Positions 51,025 through 62,009 of a stretch of 64,000 nucleotides of DNA are shown here, one piece after another. The first letter of the stretch is position 1. Every line of letters begins with the position of its first letter. The position numbers were made by a program, and so were the translations under genes. A model generated the notes under the pieces. It worked only from the letters and a program-made list of their open reading frames with translations, did no database searches and was not told the DNA's origin. This stretch comes from an uncultured Planctomycetota bacterium (lineage in GTDB: Bacteria > Planctomycetota > Planctomycetia > Isosphaerales > Isosphaeraceae): NCBI GenBank assembly GCA_963737655.1, contig CAVTTN010000002.1:928001-992000 (forward strand). Reading direction: 5' to 3'.

Positions 51025-53639
51025 TCAGCCGCCGAGCTTCGCCCGGACCGCCTCGACGGCCTTTTCCAACGCCTCGCCGAGCTTCTCCGGGTCCTTGCCG
51101 CCGGCCTGGGCCATGTCGGGGCGTCCGCCTCCGCCCCCTCCCACGATCGGGGCCACCTCCTTCAGCCAGTTCCCGGCGTGGAGGCCCAGGGCCACGGCGT
51201 CGGGCGTGATCCCGGCGGCGAGGCTCACCTTGCCCTCGATCGCCGAGGCCAGGAGGGCCGCCAGGCCCTTGCCTTCGACCTTCCTCCGCAAGACGTCGAT
51301 CATCTGGCGGAGGTCATCGGGCGAGGCCCCCTCGATCGCCGAGGCGATCACCCGGACGTCGCCGATCGTCCGGGCCGTCGCCAGGAGGTCGTCGGGCGAC
51401 TGCCGGGACGACGGCTCGGCCTTCCTCTGCGCCGCCTGTTTCTTCAGCGTCTTGACCTCGTCGAGGAGGGCCGAGACCCGGGCCGCCGCCTGGCTGGGGG
51501 GCACTCGCAGGGCCGCCGAGACCTCGGCCAGCACCTGCTCCTCCTGGCGGACGTAGTCGAGCGCGGCCTGCCCCGTGAGCGCGGTGATCCTCCTGGTCCC
51601 GGCCGAGACCGATTCCTCGCCCACGACCTTGAACAGGCCGACCTGGCCGACGTTGTCGAGGTGGGTCCCCCCGCAGAGCTCCCGGGAGAACCCGCCCATC
51701 GTGACCACCCGGACGTTCTCCGGGTATTTCTCGCCGAACAGGGCCATCGCGCCGAGCGTCTTGGCCTCGGCGATCGGCATGACGGTCCAGGAGACCGCGT
51801 CCCCCTGCAATACCTTCTCGTTCACGGTCGATTCGATCGCCGCGATCCTCTCGGCGCCGAGGGCCTCGGGGTTGGCGAAGTCGAACCGGAGGCGGTCGGG
51901 CTCGACCTTCGAGCCGGCCTGCTGGGCATGCTTGCCCAGGTGAGTATGAAGGGCGTGATGGAGGACGTGGGTGGCCGAGTGGGCGCGGCGGATCGCCTGG
52001 CGACGCGACGGGTCCACCTCCGCCCGGGCCGACGCATTCAGGCTGATCGTCCCCTCCGTGACGTGGCCGACGTGAAGGGTGAAATCATTGTCCTTCTTCG
52101 TGTCCTCGACCCGGAACTTGAACCCTTCGCCGAGGATCTCGCCGGTGTCGCCGACCTGCCCGCCGCTCTCGCCGTAGAACGGGGTGCGGTCCAGGACCAG
52201 GGCGATCGGGGCGCCGTGGTCGGCCGAGGCCGAGTCGGCCAGCTGCCCCTGGGCGAGGATGCCGATGACCTTCCCCTCGCTCGCGGTGGTCGTGTATCCG
52301 AGGAACTCGCTCCCGTGATGATACGATTGCTTGAGCGTGTCCAGGGGGCCCGTCGAGAAGACCGCGGCGGCCTCGGTGGTGCCCCGGGAGACGGCCGAAT
52401 GCCTCGCCGACTCGGCGTCGAACCCGGCGCGGTCGATCCTCAGGTTCTGCTCGGCGGCGAGGCTCTCGGTGACCTCGACCGGGATGCCGTAGGTCTGGAG
52501 CAGGTCGTGAGCGGACCGGCCGTCGATCGTGTCCGACCCGGCGGCCTTCGTCTTCCGGAACGTGTCGTTGAGCATCCTCAGGCCGTTGTCGAGGTTGCGG
52601 AGGAACTGCTCCTCCTCCTGGGTCACGACGGTCTGGATCCTCCGGACGCTGTCGGCCAGCTCGGGGTACGGCCGCTTCATCACGTCGGCGACGACCGGGA
52701 TGATCCGGGCCAGGAACGGCTCGCGACGGCCCATCTGGTAGGCGTCCAGGACGGCCCTCCGGAGCAGCCGCCGGACGACGTATCCCTGCTTCTCCGCCGA
52801 CGGTTTCACGTTTTCATGGATGCACATCGTCAGGGCGCGGGCATGGTCGGAGATCCGGCGGACGCGGATGCCGTCGGGCGAGTCGCGATCGTAGGCCACG
52901 CCCACCGATTCGGCCGCGGAGGCGACCAGCGGCCGGAAGATGTCGATCTCGAAGTTCGACCGCGCGCCTTGCATGGCGGCGGCCATCCGCTCGAGGCCCA
53001 TCCCGGTGTCGATGTTCTTCTTCGGCAGCGGTTCGAGCTGCCCCGGCCCCACCCGGTTGAACTGGGTGAAGACGAGGTTCCAGATCTCGACCTCCTCGAT
53101 CCCGTCGCCGTGATAGAAGATCTCCGAGCACGGCCCGCAGACGCCATTGGGCCCGTGGGTGGGCGCCCCGGCGGGCCAGAAGTTGTCGTCCTCGCCCATC
53201 CGGGTGATCCGGTCGGGGGCCAGGCCGATCTCCTTGTGCCAGATGTCGAACGCCTCGTCGTCGTCGAGGTAGACCGTCACGGTCAAACGGCCGGCTCGAT
53301 CTTGAAGACTTTGGTGAGCAGCTCCCAGGCCCAGTGGATGGCTTCTTTCTTGAAATAATCTCCGAAGGAGAAGTTGCCGAGCATCTCGAAGAACGTCATG
53401 TGGCGGGGGGTCTTGCCGACGTTCTCGATGTCGCCGGTGCGGATGCACTTCTGGCAGGTGGTGGCCTTGGTGAACGAGGGGTCGCCCAGGCCCATGAATT
53501 CGCGCTTGAACTGGTTCATCCCGGCGGGGGTGAACAGGACGGTCGGATCGTTGGGGACGAGGACGTCCGAAGGCTTCTTGACGCACCCCTTGGAGGCGAA
53601 GAAGTCGAGGTAGGCGTCGCGGAGGTCGTCGGTGGTCAT
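51025..53639 (-). CDS. alaS: alanine--tRNA ligase; apparent frameshift near 53288
   Basis: [87 protein letters not shown]. Confidence 0.96.
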
Positions 53640-53823
53640 GAAAGGTCCGGGGGCCGGGTGCGGGGGCATCGAGTCGAAAAGGGACGGGGCGCGAGGCCCG
53701 CCGATCCCCCCAGGATACCCGAAAGGCCCGGGTCGTTCCCAGGTCGAGGCGGGCGGTCGCGAGGGGCGGGCGCCGTGATAGAATGGCCCGGAGTGAGGCC
53801 CGCTCCGCCGCAAGGGGGAAACC

Positions 53824-54408
53824 ATGCAGAATCTCGCATCGCTCGAACCGTCGCCCGAGGAGGTCGAGGCCGCCCTCTCCGACCCCGACGCCTTTTACGA
53901 GATCGTCGACGGGGCGATCGAGGAGAAGCCATCCTTGGGCGCGTTCGCCCTGTTCGTCGCCAAGCACCTCTATGATGCGATGAATGCCTTCAACAAGGAC
54001 CGACCCTCCGGGAGAGTTGTCCACGAATGCAAATTCGTGCTCGACCCGGCTCGCCCCCTGAAGCGTCAGCCCGACGTCTCGTTCGTCTCGTTCGAACGGT
54101 GGCCCGAGGGTCGCCCGATCCCCGAGATGGGCGATTGGGAAGTCGTCCCCGACCTGGCCGTCGAGGTCCTCAGCACCCACGACCAGGACCGCAAGCTCGG
54201 CCGGAAGATCCGCGAGTCTTTCCGCCACGGCGTCCGCCAGGTCTGGGTCGTCAAGCCGCTCTCGCGGGAGGTCTATATCTACACGACCGCTCGGCGGATC
54301 GAGGTCATCGACGAGGAGGTCGGCGAGCTCGACGGCGGCGAGATGCTGCCCGGGTTCCGCGTCTCCCTGGCGGACCTGTTCCGGACGACGGTCGGCCAGG
54401 GAATCTAG
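53824..54408 (+). CDS. Uma2 family PD-(D/E)xK protein
   Basis: [41 protein letters not shown]. Confidence 0.9.
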   Translation: MQNLASLEPSPEEVEAALSDPDAFYEIVDGAIEEKPSLGAFALFVAKHLYDAMNAFNKDRPSGRVVHECKFVLDPARPLKRQPDVSFVSFERWPEGRPIPEMGDWEVVPDLAVEVLSTHDQDRKLGRKIRESFRHGVRQVWVVKPLSREVYIYTTARRIEVIDEEVGELDGGEMLPGFRVSLADLFRTTVGQGI

Positions 54409-54639
54409 CGAATCCGGGGATTTTCTCGGAACGCCCGCCGTCCCCGCCCTACTTGGCTTCGAGGGGCGCCACCTGGCCAACGCAGGCCCATCTCATCGAG
54501 GATGATGTCCCATGGCGAATCTCCGCGCCTTCCTGGAATAGCCGAATCGTCCCGGGAGGAGGCCGGTCCGGGCCCTCTCGCTTCCGCCCCGAGCCGAGGC
54601 CCCGGAGCTTCGGGGCCTGATGGCCGCGACCGCGGCCCT

Positions 54640-55618
54640 AATCCGCCCCTGAACGACCTACCGGTGCCGGTCTCCGACCTCACGGACGCCGGGGGCTCGG
54701 TCTTCTTCGCCCTCGACCCCTCGCCCTCGCTAAGGGACCACTATCACCTCGATTCGAAGACCGGGGCGTATACGGATCTCGGGGTCGCGATCGACTCGGC
54801 CCCGGTGGCCGTGGGCACGGCCCTCTTCTTCGACGCGACCGCCCCGGGCTCGGGCAACGAGCTCTGGAAGTCCGACGGCACGGCCGCCGGCACCTTCCTC
54901 GTCCAGGACATCAACCCCGGGGCCGCCTCCTCGTCCCCCCAGATCGTCGGCGTCCTGCCCGCCGGTCTGGTCTTCTGCGCCGATGATGGGGTCCACGGAA
55001 GCCAGCCGTTCCTCCTGCCCCTCCCCCCGACGATCGCCGCCATCCCCGACCAGACCGTCACCGTCGGTTCGCCCCTGACCCTGCTCGCGTCCGCCTCCGG
55101 CCCCGACGGGGGCCGGTCATCCACCTTCAGCCTCGACCCCAGCGCACCGGCCGGGGCCCAGGACGACGGTCTCGGCCATGACCACGGCCGTCGCCAAGCG
55201 GGGCGGCGCCACGATCACCGTGACCTTCGGCGGGGCGGTCACCGCGGCCTCGGCCGGCGACCCTTTGCATTACGTCCTGGTCCAGAGGGTCAAGAAGGGC
55301 AAGAAGACCGTCGAGAAGCCGATCCCGATCAAGTCGGTCGCCTTCGACCCGGCGACGGGCCGGGCGGTCCTCACGCTCAAGAAGGCCCTGCCGAAGGGCG
55401 GATCGGTGGAGCTCAGGCTGGCCGGCTCGTCGTTCCGCGACCCCTCTGGACGCCCTCTCCAGGGCGACCGCACGGCCACCATCGGCAAGAAGGGGACGGT
55501 CACTCTGTCGGCGGCCCTCGCGGGCGGCACGTCGCTCGACCCGGCCGCCGTCGATGCGGCCCTGGCCGAAATCCCGGCCGGGCGGCGCCATCACTCGGGC
55601 CGCTTCCGCGCCTCGTAG
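54640..55618 (+). pseudogene. fragmentary remnant of a large ELWxxDGT-repeat surface protein
   Basis: One GNELWKSDGTAAGT.LV.DINPG repeat, a partial Ig domain (PTIAAIPDQTV), a frame break near 55160, then a Lys-rich C-terminal domain; no convincing N-terminus. Confidence 0.65.
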
Positions 55619-56463
55619 ACCTGCCCCAGGTCGTCCTCGGTCGTCGGGCCGAAGTGAACGGCGACTTCGAAGCCGGCCCGTCGGAGGATCTCCGTGAGGT
55701 CGGCGCCGAACTCGGTGAAGACGGGATAGCCGACGTCCCCCCCGGGGTGGCAGATCGCCGGGGCGAGGTGCTCGATCCTGCCGTCGGGGAGGAGCCGGGC
55801 CCGGGGGAACGTCTTCGGCACGTTCGGAAGCCTCGGGATCGTGAACAGGTGCCGACCTCCCGGCCTGAGCACCCGATGGATCTCGCCCAGGGCGAGCCCG
55901 AGGTCCGGGACATGCTCCAAAGTCTCCGAGGTCAGGACCAGGTCGAACGACTCGTCGGGATAGGAGAGCCGGGTCAGGTCTTCGGATCGACCGGCCTCGC
56001 CGAAGTCCGACCAGACGAAGAGGGGCAGGGGGGCCAGCGCCTCGTGGAGGCCGTCGATCCGGTTGATCTCGGCGACTTCGAGGGCGCGGGCCTCGGGCGT
56101 CTCGGCCCATTCCCGGGCCGATCTCGGGCGGGAGGCCGCCGGATAGAGCCTCAACAGGACCTCGGCCAGCCTCCGGCCCCGGAGCTTCGCCCCGCACCGG
56201 GAGCAATCCAGCGTCTCCTTGCGGACCAGCGCCTCGGCCTCCCTCGGCGAGAGTCCCCAGAGCTCGCGGAGCCTCGGCGGGATCGCCCGGGGGCGGCGGA
56301 GCATCGCGCCGACCCTCCCGCAGACGGAGCACCGCTCGACCCTCCCGCGGAGGATCGCCCCGCCGTACTCCCGGATGGCCCAGGCCAGGCGGTGGCCGCC
56401 GTTCCACAGGGGGACCAGAATCCGCTTCAGACCGGGCGGGACGTTCAAGCGGGGCCTCCTCAA
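55591..56463 (-). CDS. class I SAM methyltransferase with Zn-ribbon N-terminus
   Basis: CSVCG..CSRCG, EDLTRLSYPDESFDLVLTSETLEHVPD, EIHRVLRPGGRH.FTIP. Confidence 0.85.
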   Translation of the reverse strand: MRRPRLNVPPGLKRILVPLWNGGHRLAWAIREYGGAILRGRVERCSVCGRVGAMLRRPRAIPPRLRELWGLSPREAEALVRKETLDCSRCGAKLRGRRLAEVLLRLYPAASRPRSAREWAETPEARALEVAEINRIDGLHEALAPLPLFVWSDFGEAGRSEDLTRLSYPDESFDLVLTSETLEHVPDLGLALGEIHRVLRPGGRHLFTIPRLPNVPKTFPRARLLPDGRIEHLAPAICHPGGDVGYPVFTEFGADLTEILRRAGFEVAVHFGPTTEDDLGQVYEARKRPE

Positions 56464-56477
56464 GACGGCTCGCGACC

Positions 56478-56506
56478 TTGACCGTCCGACGCGATTTGTC
56501 TACATT
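56478..56506 (+). promoter_or_regulatory. sigma70 promoter of ispG
   Basis: TTGACC-17-TACATT. Confidence 0.55.
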
Positions 56507-56575
56507 ATCCTTCGATGGAACCGACGCCCAGGGTCCGCGCAAAGCCCGGGACATTCCGAAGATAGGACGGCGACG

Positions 56576-57733
56576 ATGGCCTACAGCACCACGGTCACCC
56601 GGCACAAGACCCGCGAGGTCGCCGTCGGCGACAAGCTCGTGGGCGGCTCGAACCCCGTGTGGGTCCAGTCGATGACCACCACGAACACCTTCGAGGACGC
56701 GCCCACCCTGGAGCAGATCCGCAAGCTGGAAGAGGCCGGCTGCGAGATCGTCCGCGTGACCGTCCCCAAGAAGGAGGACGTGGCCGGCTGCGTCGCCTTC
56801 CGCGACAAGATCAACATCCCCCTGATCGCCGATATCCACTACGACTACCGGATGGCCCTGGCCTGCCTCGACGCCGTCACGCCGTCGGGCAAGAGGGCCA
56901 TCGACAAGGTCCGCATCAACCCCGGCAACCTCGGCGGCGAGGAGCGGTTCAAGGAGGTGATCCGCAAGGCCCGGGACAAGGGCGTCCCGATGCGGATCGG
57001 CGTCAATTCCGGCAGCCTCGAGAAGGACCTGATCGACAAGTACGGCTTCCCCTGCCCCGAGGCGATGGTCGAGAGCGCGTTGCGAGCCATCGAGACGTGC
57101 GAATCGCTCGGGTATCGCGACCTGATCATCTCGCTGAAGGCCAGCCACGTCCCCACGGCCGTCGAGTGCTACTCGCTCTACGCCACCAAGGCCGACTATC
57201 CCACGCATGTCGGCATCACCGAGGCCGGGTCGCGCGAGTACGGCACCCTGAAGAGCGCCGCCGGGATCGGCGCGATCCTGTTGAAGGGGATCGGCGACAC
57301 GATCCGCGTCTCCTTGCTGGGCGACCCCGTCCCCGAGATCGCCGCCGGGTTCGACATCCTCCGGGCCTGCGACCGCCGGGTCACGAAGCCCGAGGTCGTC
57401 GCCTGCCCCACCTGCGGCCGGCTGGACATCGACCTGGAACGGATCGTCGCCGAGGTCGAGGCCAAGATGGACAAGCGCAAGGAACCCCTCAGGATCAGCA
57501 TCCTCGGATGCCTCGTGAACGGCTTCGGCGAGGCGAAGGAGGCCGACCTGGGCATCGCCGCCGGCGCCGGCAAGGGGATCATCTTCAAGAAGGGCGTGCC
57601 GATCCGCCACGTCAAGGAAGACGAGATGGTCGAGGCCCTGATCCAGGAAGTCGAGCGGTTCGACGAGGACACCCCGGCCCTCAAGTCGTTCCAGGAGAAG
57701 CCGAAGAAGAACGCCCTGACGGTCCTGAACTGA
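56576..57733 (+). CDS. ispG: (E)-4-hydroxy-3-methylbut-2-enyl-diphosphate synthase
   Basis: VQSMT, PLIADIHY, RINPGN, RIGVNSGSL, GIGDTIRVSL, CPTCGR, GC.VNG.GE. Confidence 0.97.
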   Translation: MAYSTTVTRHKTREVAVGDKLVGGSNPVWVQSMTTTNTFEDAPTLEQIRKLEEAGCEIVRVTVPKKEDVAGCVAFRDKINIPLIADIHYDYRMALACLDAVTPSGKRAIDKVRINPGNLGGEERFKEVIRKARDKGVPMRIGVNSGSLEKDLIDKYGFPCPEAMVESALRAIETCESLGYRDLIISLKASHVPTAVECYSLYATKADYPTHVGITEAGSREYGTLKSAAGIGAILLKGIGDTIRVSLLGDPVPEIAAGFDILRACDRRVTKPEVVACPTCGRLDIDLERIVAEVEAKMDKRKEPLRISILGCLVNGFGEAKEADLGIAAGAGKGIIFKKGVPIRHVKEDEMVEALIQEVERFDEDTPALKSFQEKPKKNALTVLN

Positions 57734-57791
57734 ATCGGCCTCAGCCTCCGCCTGGCTCACAATCACAGATCTGCTCATCCGATAGGTGTGT

Positions 57792-58424
57792 TCATTCCCC
57801 CAGCAAGTCCGCCACCCGCACGCGGAAGCCCGGCAATTCCGGGCCTCCGACGAGTTCCTGGCGGACGTTGAAGGTCTCGGGGGGCTCGCCGGGGCGGTGG
57901 ACGGCGATCGTCTTGAGATCGGGATCGACGACCCAGACGACCACGCCAAACTCCAGGCAGAGGGCGACCATCTCCACGATGTCCTCGTGCTTGTCCGACG
58001 GGGAGAGGATCTCGACGGCCAGGACGGGCGGACCGTCGTAGATCTTCTGCCCTTCGGGGGTCGCGGCCCTCAATTCGGCCGAGACCACGGCGACGTCGAT
58101 GCCGACGATCGAGTCTTCCGGCCCCGCCAACCGGAATCCACACTCGCCGCCGACGACCTCACCCCGGGGTTCGGGCTGGTCGTCCATCCAGACGTCGAGG
58201 TAACGGCCGATCTTGACGACCCCCCGGCTGTGTTTTCGGCTTCGATACGTCATCGGCCTCCCCTCGGGCGTCACGATCGGGATCACCGGGGCATGAGGAT
58301 CATCCCAGGGCTCCTGACAGATCACGCGCACCTCGCCGCGGATCAATTCCCTGTGGACCCCGTCGTCCGGCAGGGCGAGGAATTCCTCGGCGGTCATCGT
58401 CCTCGGCGGGTCGGCGATGCTCAT
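57792..58424 (-). CDS. Uma2 family PD-(D/E)xK protein
   Basis: GGAGG RBS, MTAEEFLALPDDG..RELIRGEV, PVLAVEILSPSD, VWVVDP, LPGFR. Confidence 0.88.
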   Translation of the reverse strand: MSIADPPRTMTAEEFLALPDDGVHRELIRGEVRVICQEPWDDPHAPVIPIVTPEGRPMTYRSRKHSRGVVKIGRYLDVWMDDQPEPRGEVVGGECGFRLAGPEDSIVGIDVAVVSAELRAATPEGQKIYDGPPVLAVEILSPSDKHEDIVEMVALCLEFGVVVWVVDPDLKTIAVHRPGEPPETFNVRQELVGGPELPGFRVRVADLLGE

Positions 58425-58438
58425 GAGCTTGCCCCTCC

Positions 58439-59894
58439 TCAGGCCCTCAGGCCGATCGACACGAACTTCGTCTCCAGGTAAGCATCGAGCCCCTTCGATG
58501 CCCAGCTCCCTGCCCAATCCCGATTCCTTCATCCCGCCGAACGGGCATTGCGGGGTGGCGGGGACCGGGTCGTTGATGCCGATGATCCCCGCTTCGAGCC
58601 CCTCGGCCATCCTGGTCGCGACGGTCAGGTCATTGGTGAAGACATACGCGGCGAGGCCGTAAGGGGTGTCGTTCGCGGCGGCGATCACGTCGTCGATCTT
58701 CGAGAAGTCCAGGATCGGCATGACCGGGGCGAACGGTTCCTCGGTCATGATCTTCATCCGGCCGTCCACCTCGCGGATGACCGTCGGCTCGAAGAAGTAG
58801 CCCTTGTCGAACCGCGACGACTTGCCCCCTCCGGTCAGGATCTTGGCGCCGAGGCCCCTCGCGTCGTCCACCAGCCTCGCCGTCTTCTCCAGGGCCCGGG
58901 CCTCGAACATCGGGCCGACCTGGACGCCTTCGTCCAGGCCGTTGCCGAGCTTCAGCCCCTTCGCGAGCTCGACGGCCGCCTCGGTGAAGTCCCTGGCGAT
59001 GTCCTCATGGACATAGAATCGGGACGGGGCGATGCAGACCTGCCCGTTATTTCGGAACTTGCCGATCACCGCCGCCTGGGCCACCTGCTTCACGTCGGCG
59101 TCGGGGAAGACGATCAGCGGGGCGTGGCCGCCGAGCTCCAGGCTCAGCCGCTTCACGCCGTCGGCCGACCGGCGGATCAGCTCCTTGCCCACGGCCGTCG
59201 AGCCGGTGAAGCTGATCTTGCGGACCTCGGCCCGGGCGAAGTAGGCGTCGGCGATCGAGCGGGCGTCTCCCATGACGAGGTTGGCCACGCCGGGGGGGAG
59301 GCCGGCGTCGATCAGGCACTCGAACATGAGCAGGAAGGACAGGGGGGTCTGGTCGGCCGGGCGGCAGACCACGGTGCAGCCGGCGGCCAGGGCCGGGGCG
59401 ATCTTGCGGCTGGGCAGCGTGACCGGGAAGTTCCAGGGCGTGATGGTGCCGACGACGCCGACCGGGTGCTTGATCGCGTGATGCCTCTTGCCCATGTTCG
59501 CCGGGGGGATGATCCGGCCGTAGCTCCGCTTGCCTTCCTCGGCGAACCATTCGAAGGTGTCGGCGGCGTGGAGGGTCTCGCCCTTGGCTTCGGGCAGCGG
59601 CTTGCCCTGCTCCATCGTCAGGGCCCGGGCGATCCGATCGGCCCGTTCCCTCATGAGCTCGGCCGTGCGCTTGAGGATTTTCGCGCGATCATAGGCCGAA
59701 CTGGCCTTCCACGCCGGGAACGCCTTCGCGGCGGCGTCGATGGCGAGCTCGGCCTCGGGCCGCCCTCCGAAGGCGACCTCGGCGATCGTGGACTCGTCGG
59801 CCGGGTTGATCACGGCGAGGGTCTGGCCGCCCTGGGCGTCGCTCCATCGGCCGTCGATGAACATCTTGGTGGGGAAATCGGTCGCGGTCGCCAT
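58439..59894 (-). CDS. gabD: NAD-dependent succinate-semialdehyde dehydrogenase-like ALDH; extra G near 58490
   Basis: ITPWNFP, FTGST.VGK, LELGGHAP, KFRNNGQVC, EEPFAPV, PFGGMKESG.GRE. Removing one G gives the canonical end GIEGLDAYLETKFVSIGLRA-stop. Confidence 0.85.
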
Positions 59895-60152
59895 CGCGTC
59901 TCCTCGTCAAAATCGAGCCCGTCGGGAGGTCCGCCCGATCCCCTCCGCGAGTCGCCCCTTACGATACCCTCGGCCTGCCCTTCGCGACAATCGGCCCGGC
60001 CCTCGGCCCCGTCGTCACAATCGATCCCACGGATGTGATCGGCCCGATCGGCTCAAGCCGCCGGCTCTCCGGCGACGATATCGGAGGGGACGGCGACGCT
60101 CGGCCCGGCCCGACGGCCCGACCCCGAGGCCCCGTCGGCTCACGACGGACTG

Positions 60153-60788
60153 GTGAGACATGACCCCATCCTCAAGCGACCGCAAGGGCCCGGCCCTCGA
60201 CGACCGATCGTCCTGGCTCTGGCGGCCTTCGGGACGGCGACCCTGCTCGCCCCCTGGGCGCGAGGCGAGGCGATCCGCCGCCACAAGGCCGCCCATCCGG
60301 CCATCCAGACCCTCTCGCTCAATCACTGGAACGCCTATTACGTCCGGGCCCTGGCCACTCACGACGTCCACCTCGGCGGCCACGGCCCCGAGGCCCTGAA
60401 AGTCCTCTCCGTGAACCCCGACGGCACCCTGCCGGCCATCCCGTTCGTCCAGTACCTGGAATGGCGACACGGCCTGAACGCCAGGCGGTTCGATCGCTAC
60501 CACCCGACCCTCGGGCCGATCCTGGAGAGGGACAAGCTCGTCCGGTCCTCGGTGGCCCCGCCCTCGCCCTCGCCCAGCCCTCCGACCGCGATCGTCCCGG
60601 CCTCGCTGATCCCGCCGACGACGCCAATCCCCCCGATCACCCCGATCACCCCGTCCGTGACCCCCACGACGCCCATCCTCTCGCCCGAGCTTCCGCCGAC
60701 CGTCCCCGAGCCGACGTCCGGCCTGATCGCGGGCGTCCTGATCGGAGCGGCGGCCCTGGCCCGAAGGCGGGCCCGGCGGACCTCCTGA
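60153..60788 (+). CDS. PEP-CTERM protein with Pro/Thr-rich linker
   Basis: Signal-like N-terminus; VPEPTSGLIAGVLIGAAALARRRARR. Confidence 0.88.
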   Translation: MRHDPILKRPQGPGPRRPIVLALAAFGTATLLAPWARGEAIRRHKAAHPAIQTLSLNHWNAYYVRALATHDVHLGGHGPEALKVLSVNPDGTLPAIPFVQYLEWRHGLNARRFDRYHPTLGPILERDKLVRSSVAPPSPSPSPPTAIVPASLIPPTTPIPPITPITPSVTPTTPILSPELPPTVPEPTSGLIAGVLIGAAALARRRARRTS

Positions 60789-60798
60789 GAACCTGGCA

Positions 60799-61206
60799 TC
60801 AACGCTCGCCCGGGGGTCCGGCCTTCTTCGTCCGGTCGCCCCGGCCCGAGCGCTCGCGGCGGGCCTGGCGGGCGGCCTCTTGCCGTTCTCGACGAGCGAG
60901 GTAGGCCACGGCCGCTCGGAGGACGACCGGGGCATCATACGACTTCGTGCCGATCCGAAAGAGGGTCGCCTCGCACGCCTCCACCCGGACGGCCTCGGCC
61001 AGGTTCACTTGCGCCGCGAAATCGGCATCTTCACGAATCAGGCGCTGAAAAGTTTTGTAACTCACCCCCATCATGGCGCAAGCCGTGACCCGGCCTTGAC
61101 CTTTGGAAATCAGGCGGACCATTTCGGAAATCTGAGGATTGGAAAAAATCGTCTTCGGCCGCCCTTTCGCCTTCACCTCGCATCCCTCACCCTCCGATCC
61201 CGCCAC
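60799..61206 (-). CDS. HTH protein resembling a terminase small subunit N-terminus
   Basis: GRPK...I..G.....AC...GVS..T.......D..FA..V..AEA; lower GC than flanks. Confidence 0.6.
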   Translation of the reverse strand: MAGSEGEGCEVKAKGRPKTIFSNPQISEMVRLISKGQGRVTACAMMGVSYKTFQRLIREDADFAAQVNLAEAVRVEACEATLFRIGTKSYDAPVVLRAAVAYLARRERQEAARQARRERSGRGDRTKKAGPPGER

Positions 61207-61459
61207 GTCGCACCTCTCTTGAACCGGCTAGCCCGACGGGACCGGCCCCCCAGCATCGCGCGATGCCCGAATCGGCCGACCCCCTCCTTCAAGATCGCGA
61301 GGGCGAGACGCCTCGATCACCGATTCCCCACCGAACCCACGAGTCGGCCGAGGGATCGGATCGAAAACCCGCCTCGGGACGGCCCGCCGTCCGATCTGAT
61401 AAGATCCAGGACGCGACCGATTTCCCGGATTTCACCCCGACGTTCCGGAAGGGCCCAGG

Positions 61460-61669
61460 ATGCCGGTCCACGCCATGATCGAGGAGCGGTTGTCGGCCGT
61501 GGAAGCGGCCGTCGCCGAGATTCAACGTCGCCTCCCCCCGCCTCCGTCGCCCGACTGGTTGAACCAGGTCATCGGTTCCCAGAAGGACGAGCCGGCGTTC
61601 GAGGACGTCCTGGCCCTCGGCCGCGAATACCGCCTCGCGGACCTTCCCGCAGAGGGTGGCGACGAGTGA
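61460..61669 (+). CDS. putative antitoxin
   Basis: IEERL.A.E..VAE.......W...IG..KDEPAFED...LGREYR; GTGA overlap with the PIN gene. Confidence 0.7.
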   Translation: MPVHAMIEERLSAVEAAVAEIQRRLPPPPSPDWLNQVIGSQKDEPAFEDVLALGREYRLADLPAEGGDE

Positions 61670-61886
61670 AGTTCCTGCTCGATACGGACCATATCAGCGT
61701 CCTCCAGCGAGCGGCTCGGAGGCGGCGAAGGTCTTCGACATCCTGCTCGCCAGGCGTCTTCGGGTCGCGACGATGGACCTTCGGATCGCCGCCATCGCCG
61801 TCTCTCGCGAGATGACCTTGTTGACCCGGAACGTCGGCGACTTCGGCCGGATCGTGGGCCTTCGGACAGAGGATTGGACCGTGTGA
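61666..61886 (+). pseudogene. vapC: VapC/PIN toxin with large internal deletion and frame break
   Basis: VKFLLDTDHISVLQR joined out of frame to EAAKVF...MDLRIAAIA....TLLTRN..DF..I.GLR.EDW; only 221 bp in total. Confidence 0.8.
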
Positions 61887-62009
61887 CCGCCGACCGGATA
61901 GGATGAGCACGCGACCGAACGCCCGAAGGGGCGGGCGTGTCCGACGGAGGGCCGCGCCCGGGAATTCGTCCCGGGGCGGGATTCGGCCCGGAGAGCTCGG
62001 GGCGAGACG

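Noticed and set aside
51025..54480. 1151-aa AlaRS with a novel N-terminal extension, or a split alaS
   Set aside because: The true N-terminus is in another frame starting at 53639; the extension is the antisense of the Uma2 gene plus out-of-frame sequence
57792..59894. 700-aa aldehyde dehydrogenase-Uma2 fusion in the ORF track
   Set aside because: Removing one G near 58490 restores the canonical ALDH end and stop, followed by a GGAGG SD and the Uma2 ATG; two genes
60799..61206. Prophage suggested by a terminase-small-subunit-like HTH
   Set aside because: No large terminase, portal, capsid or integrase nearby
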